Virus record (IMG/VR): IMGVR_UViG_3300044730_000313
Span: 49,704 to 113,703 of that record
Origin: a virus
Strand: one strand, 5' to 3'
DNA length: 64,000 nt
Below are positions 63,947 to 64,000 of this stretch, one piece after another. The translations under genes and the position numbers were made by a program. The notes beneath the pieces were generated by a model. That model was not told where the DNA came from and searched no databases. It saw only the letters and a list, made by a program, of their open reading frames with translations. Every line of letters starts with the position of its first letter. Positions within the stretch are counted from its first letter, which is position 1.

Positions 63947-64000
63947 TTAGTAGCAACCTCCTCTGCATTTACCACCCAATTTCATCATCTTAGCTCCGCC
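63947..64000 (-). CDS. 3' end of a gene running in from beyond the window
   Basis: ..GGAKMMKLGGKCRGGCY*, carrying the MKxGG motif. Confidence 0.45.
   Translation of the reverse strand, partial: GGAKMMKLGGKCRGGCY

Noticed and set aside
1-64000. Stop-codon reassignment, as seen in some crAss-like phages
   Set aside because: Genes are full length and densely packed under code 11, and TAG and TGA both end genes at sensible positions.
1-64000. CRISPR array, tRNAs, introns/inteins, DGR, integrase, lysis cassette, virion RNA polymerase
   Set aside because: None recognisable by eye. PolB, TerL, RNR and RecA look uninterrupted. The RNAP and lysis genes probably lie outside the window.

Overview
This window is the central 64 kb of a lytic, crAss-like (Crassvirales-type, podovirus-like) dsDNA phage of a Bacteroidota host. 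The host assignment rests on several TTTG-N19-21-TAnnTTTG promoters and AT-rich leaders lacking Shine-Dalgarno sites. Two divergent arms meet at a non-coding hub (about 31.3-31.8 kb). The minus-strand arm (1-31.3 kb) has the conserved crAss-type virion block: terminase, portal, scaffold-like protein, major capsid, ring/auxiliary capsid/tail hub proteins, fibre, IHF-like protein, tail tubular, muzzle and cargo proteins. The plus-strand arm (31.8-63.8 kb) has small early genes followed by PolB, DnaB, an SF2 helicase, a Sak4-like ATPase, SSB, primase, UDG, rIIA/rIIB, nucleases, class II RNR, RecA, dUTPase and a GT11 + GT2-methyltransferase pair. The most notable observations are: (i) a twister-ribozyme-like RNA with a large inserted domain, directly abutting a second structured RNA (32.5-32.8 kb); (ii) mucin-like Thr/Ser tracts on four virion proteins together with phage glycosyltransferases, a candidate virion glycosylation system; (iii) a host-type parS site with no ParB in the window, inside a C/G-run hub; (iv) a split muzzle gene and shuffled Cys-rich modules; (v) a repeated Phi-[QEK]-x-G-G motif in cargo proteins; (vi) a UDG with a substituted catalytic motif. 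All family assignments come from motif recognition and synteny; no database searches or folding programs were run.
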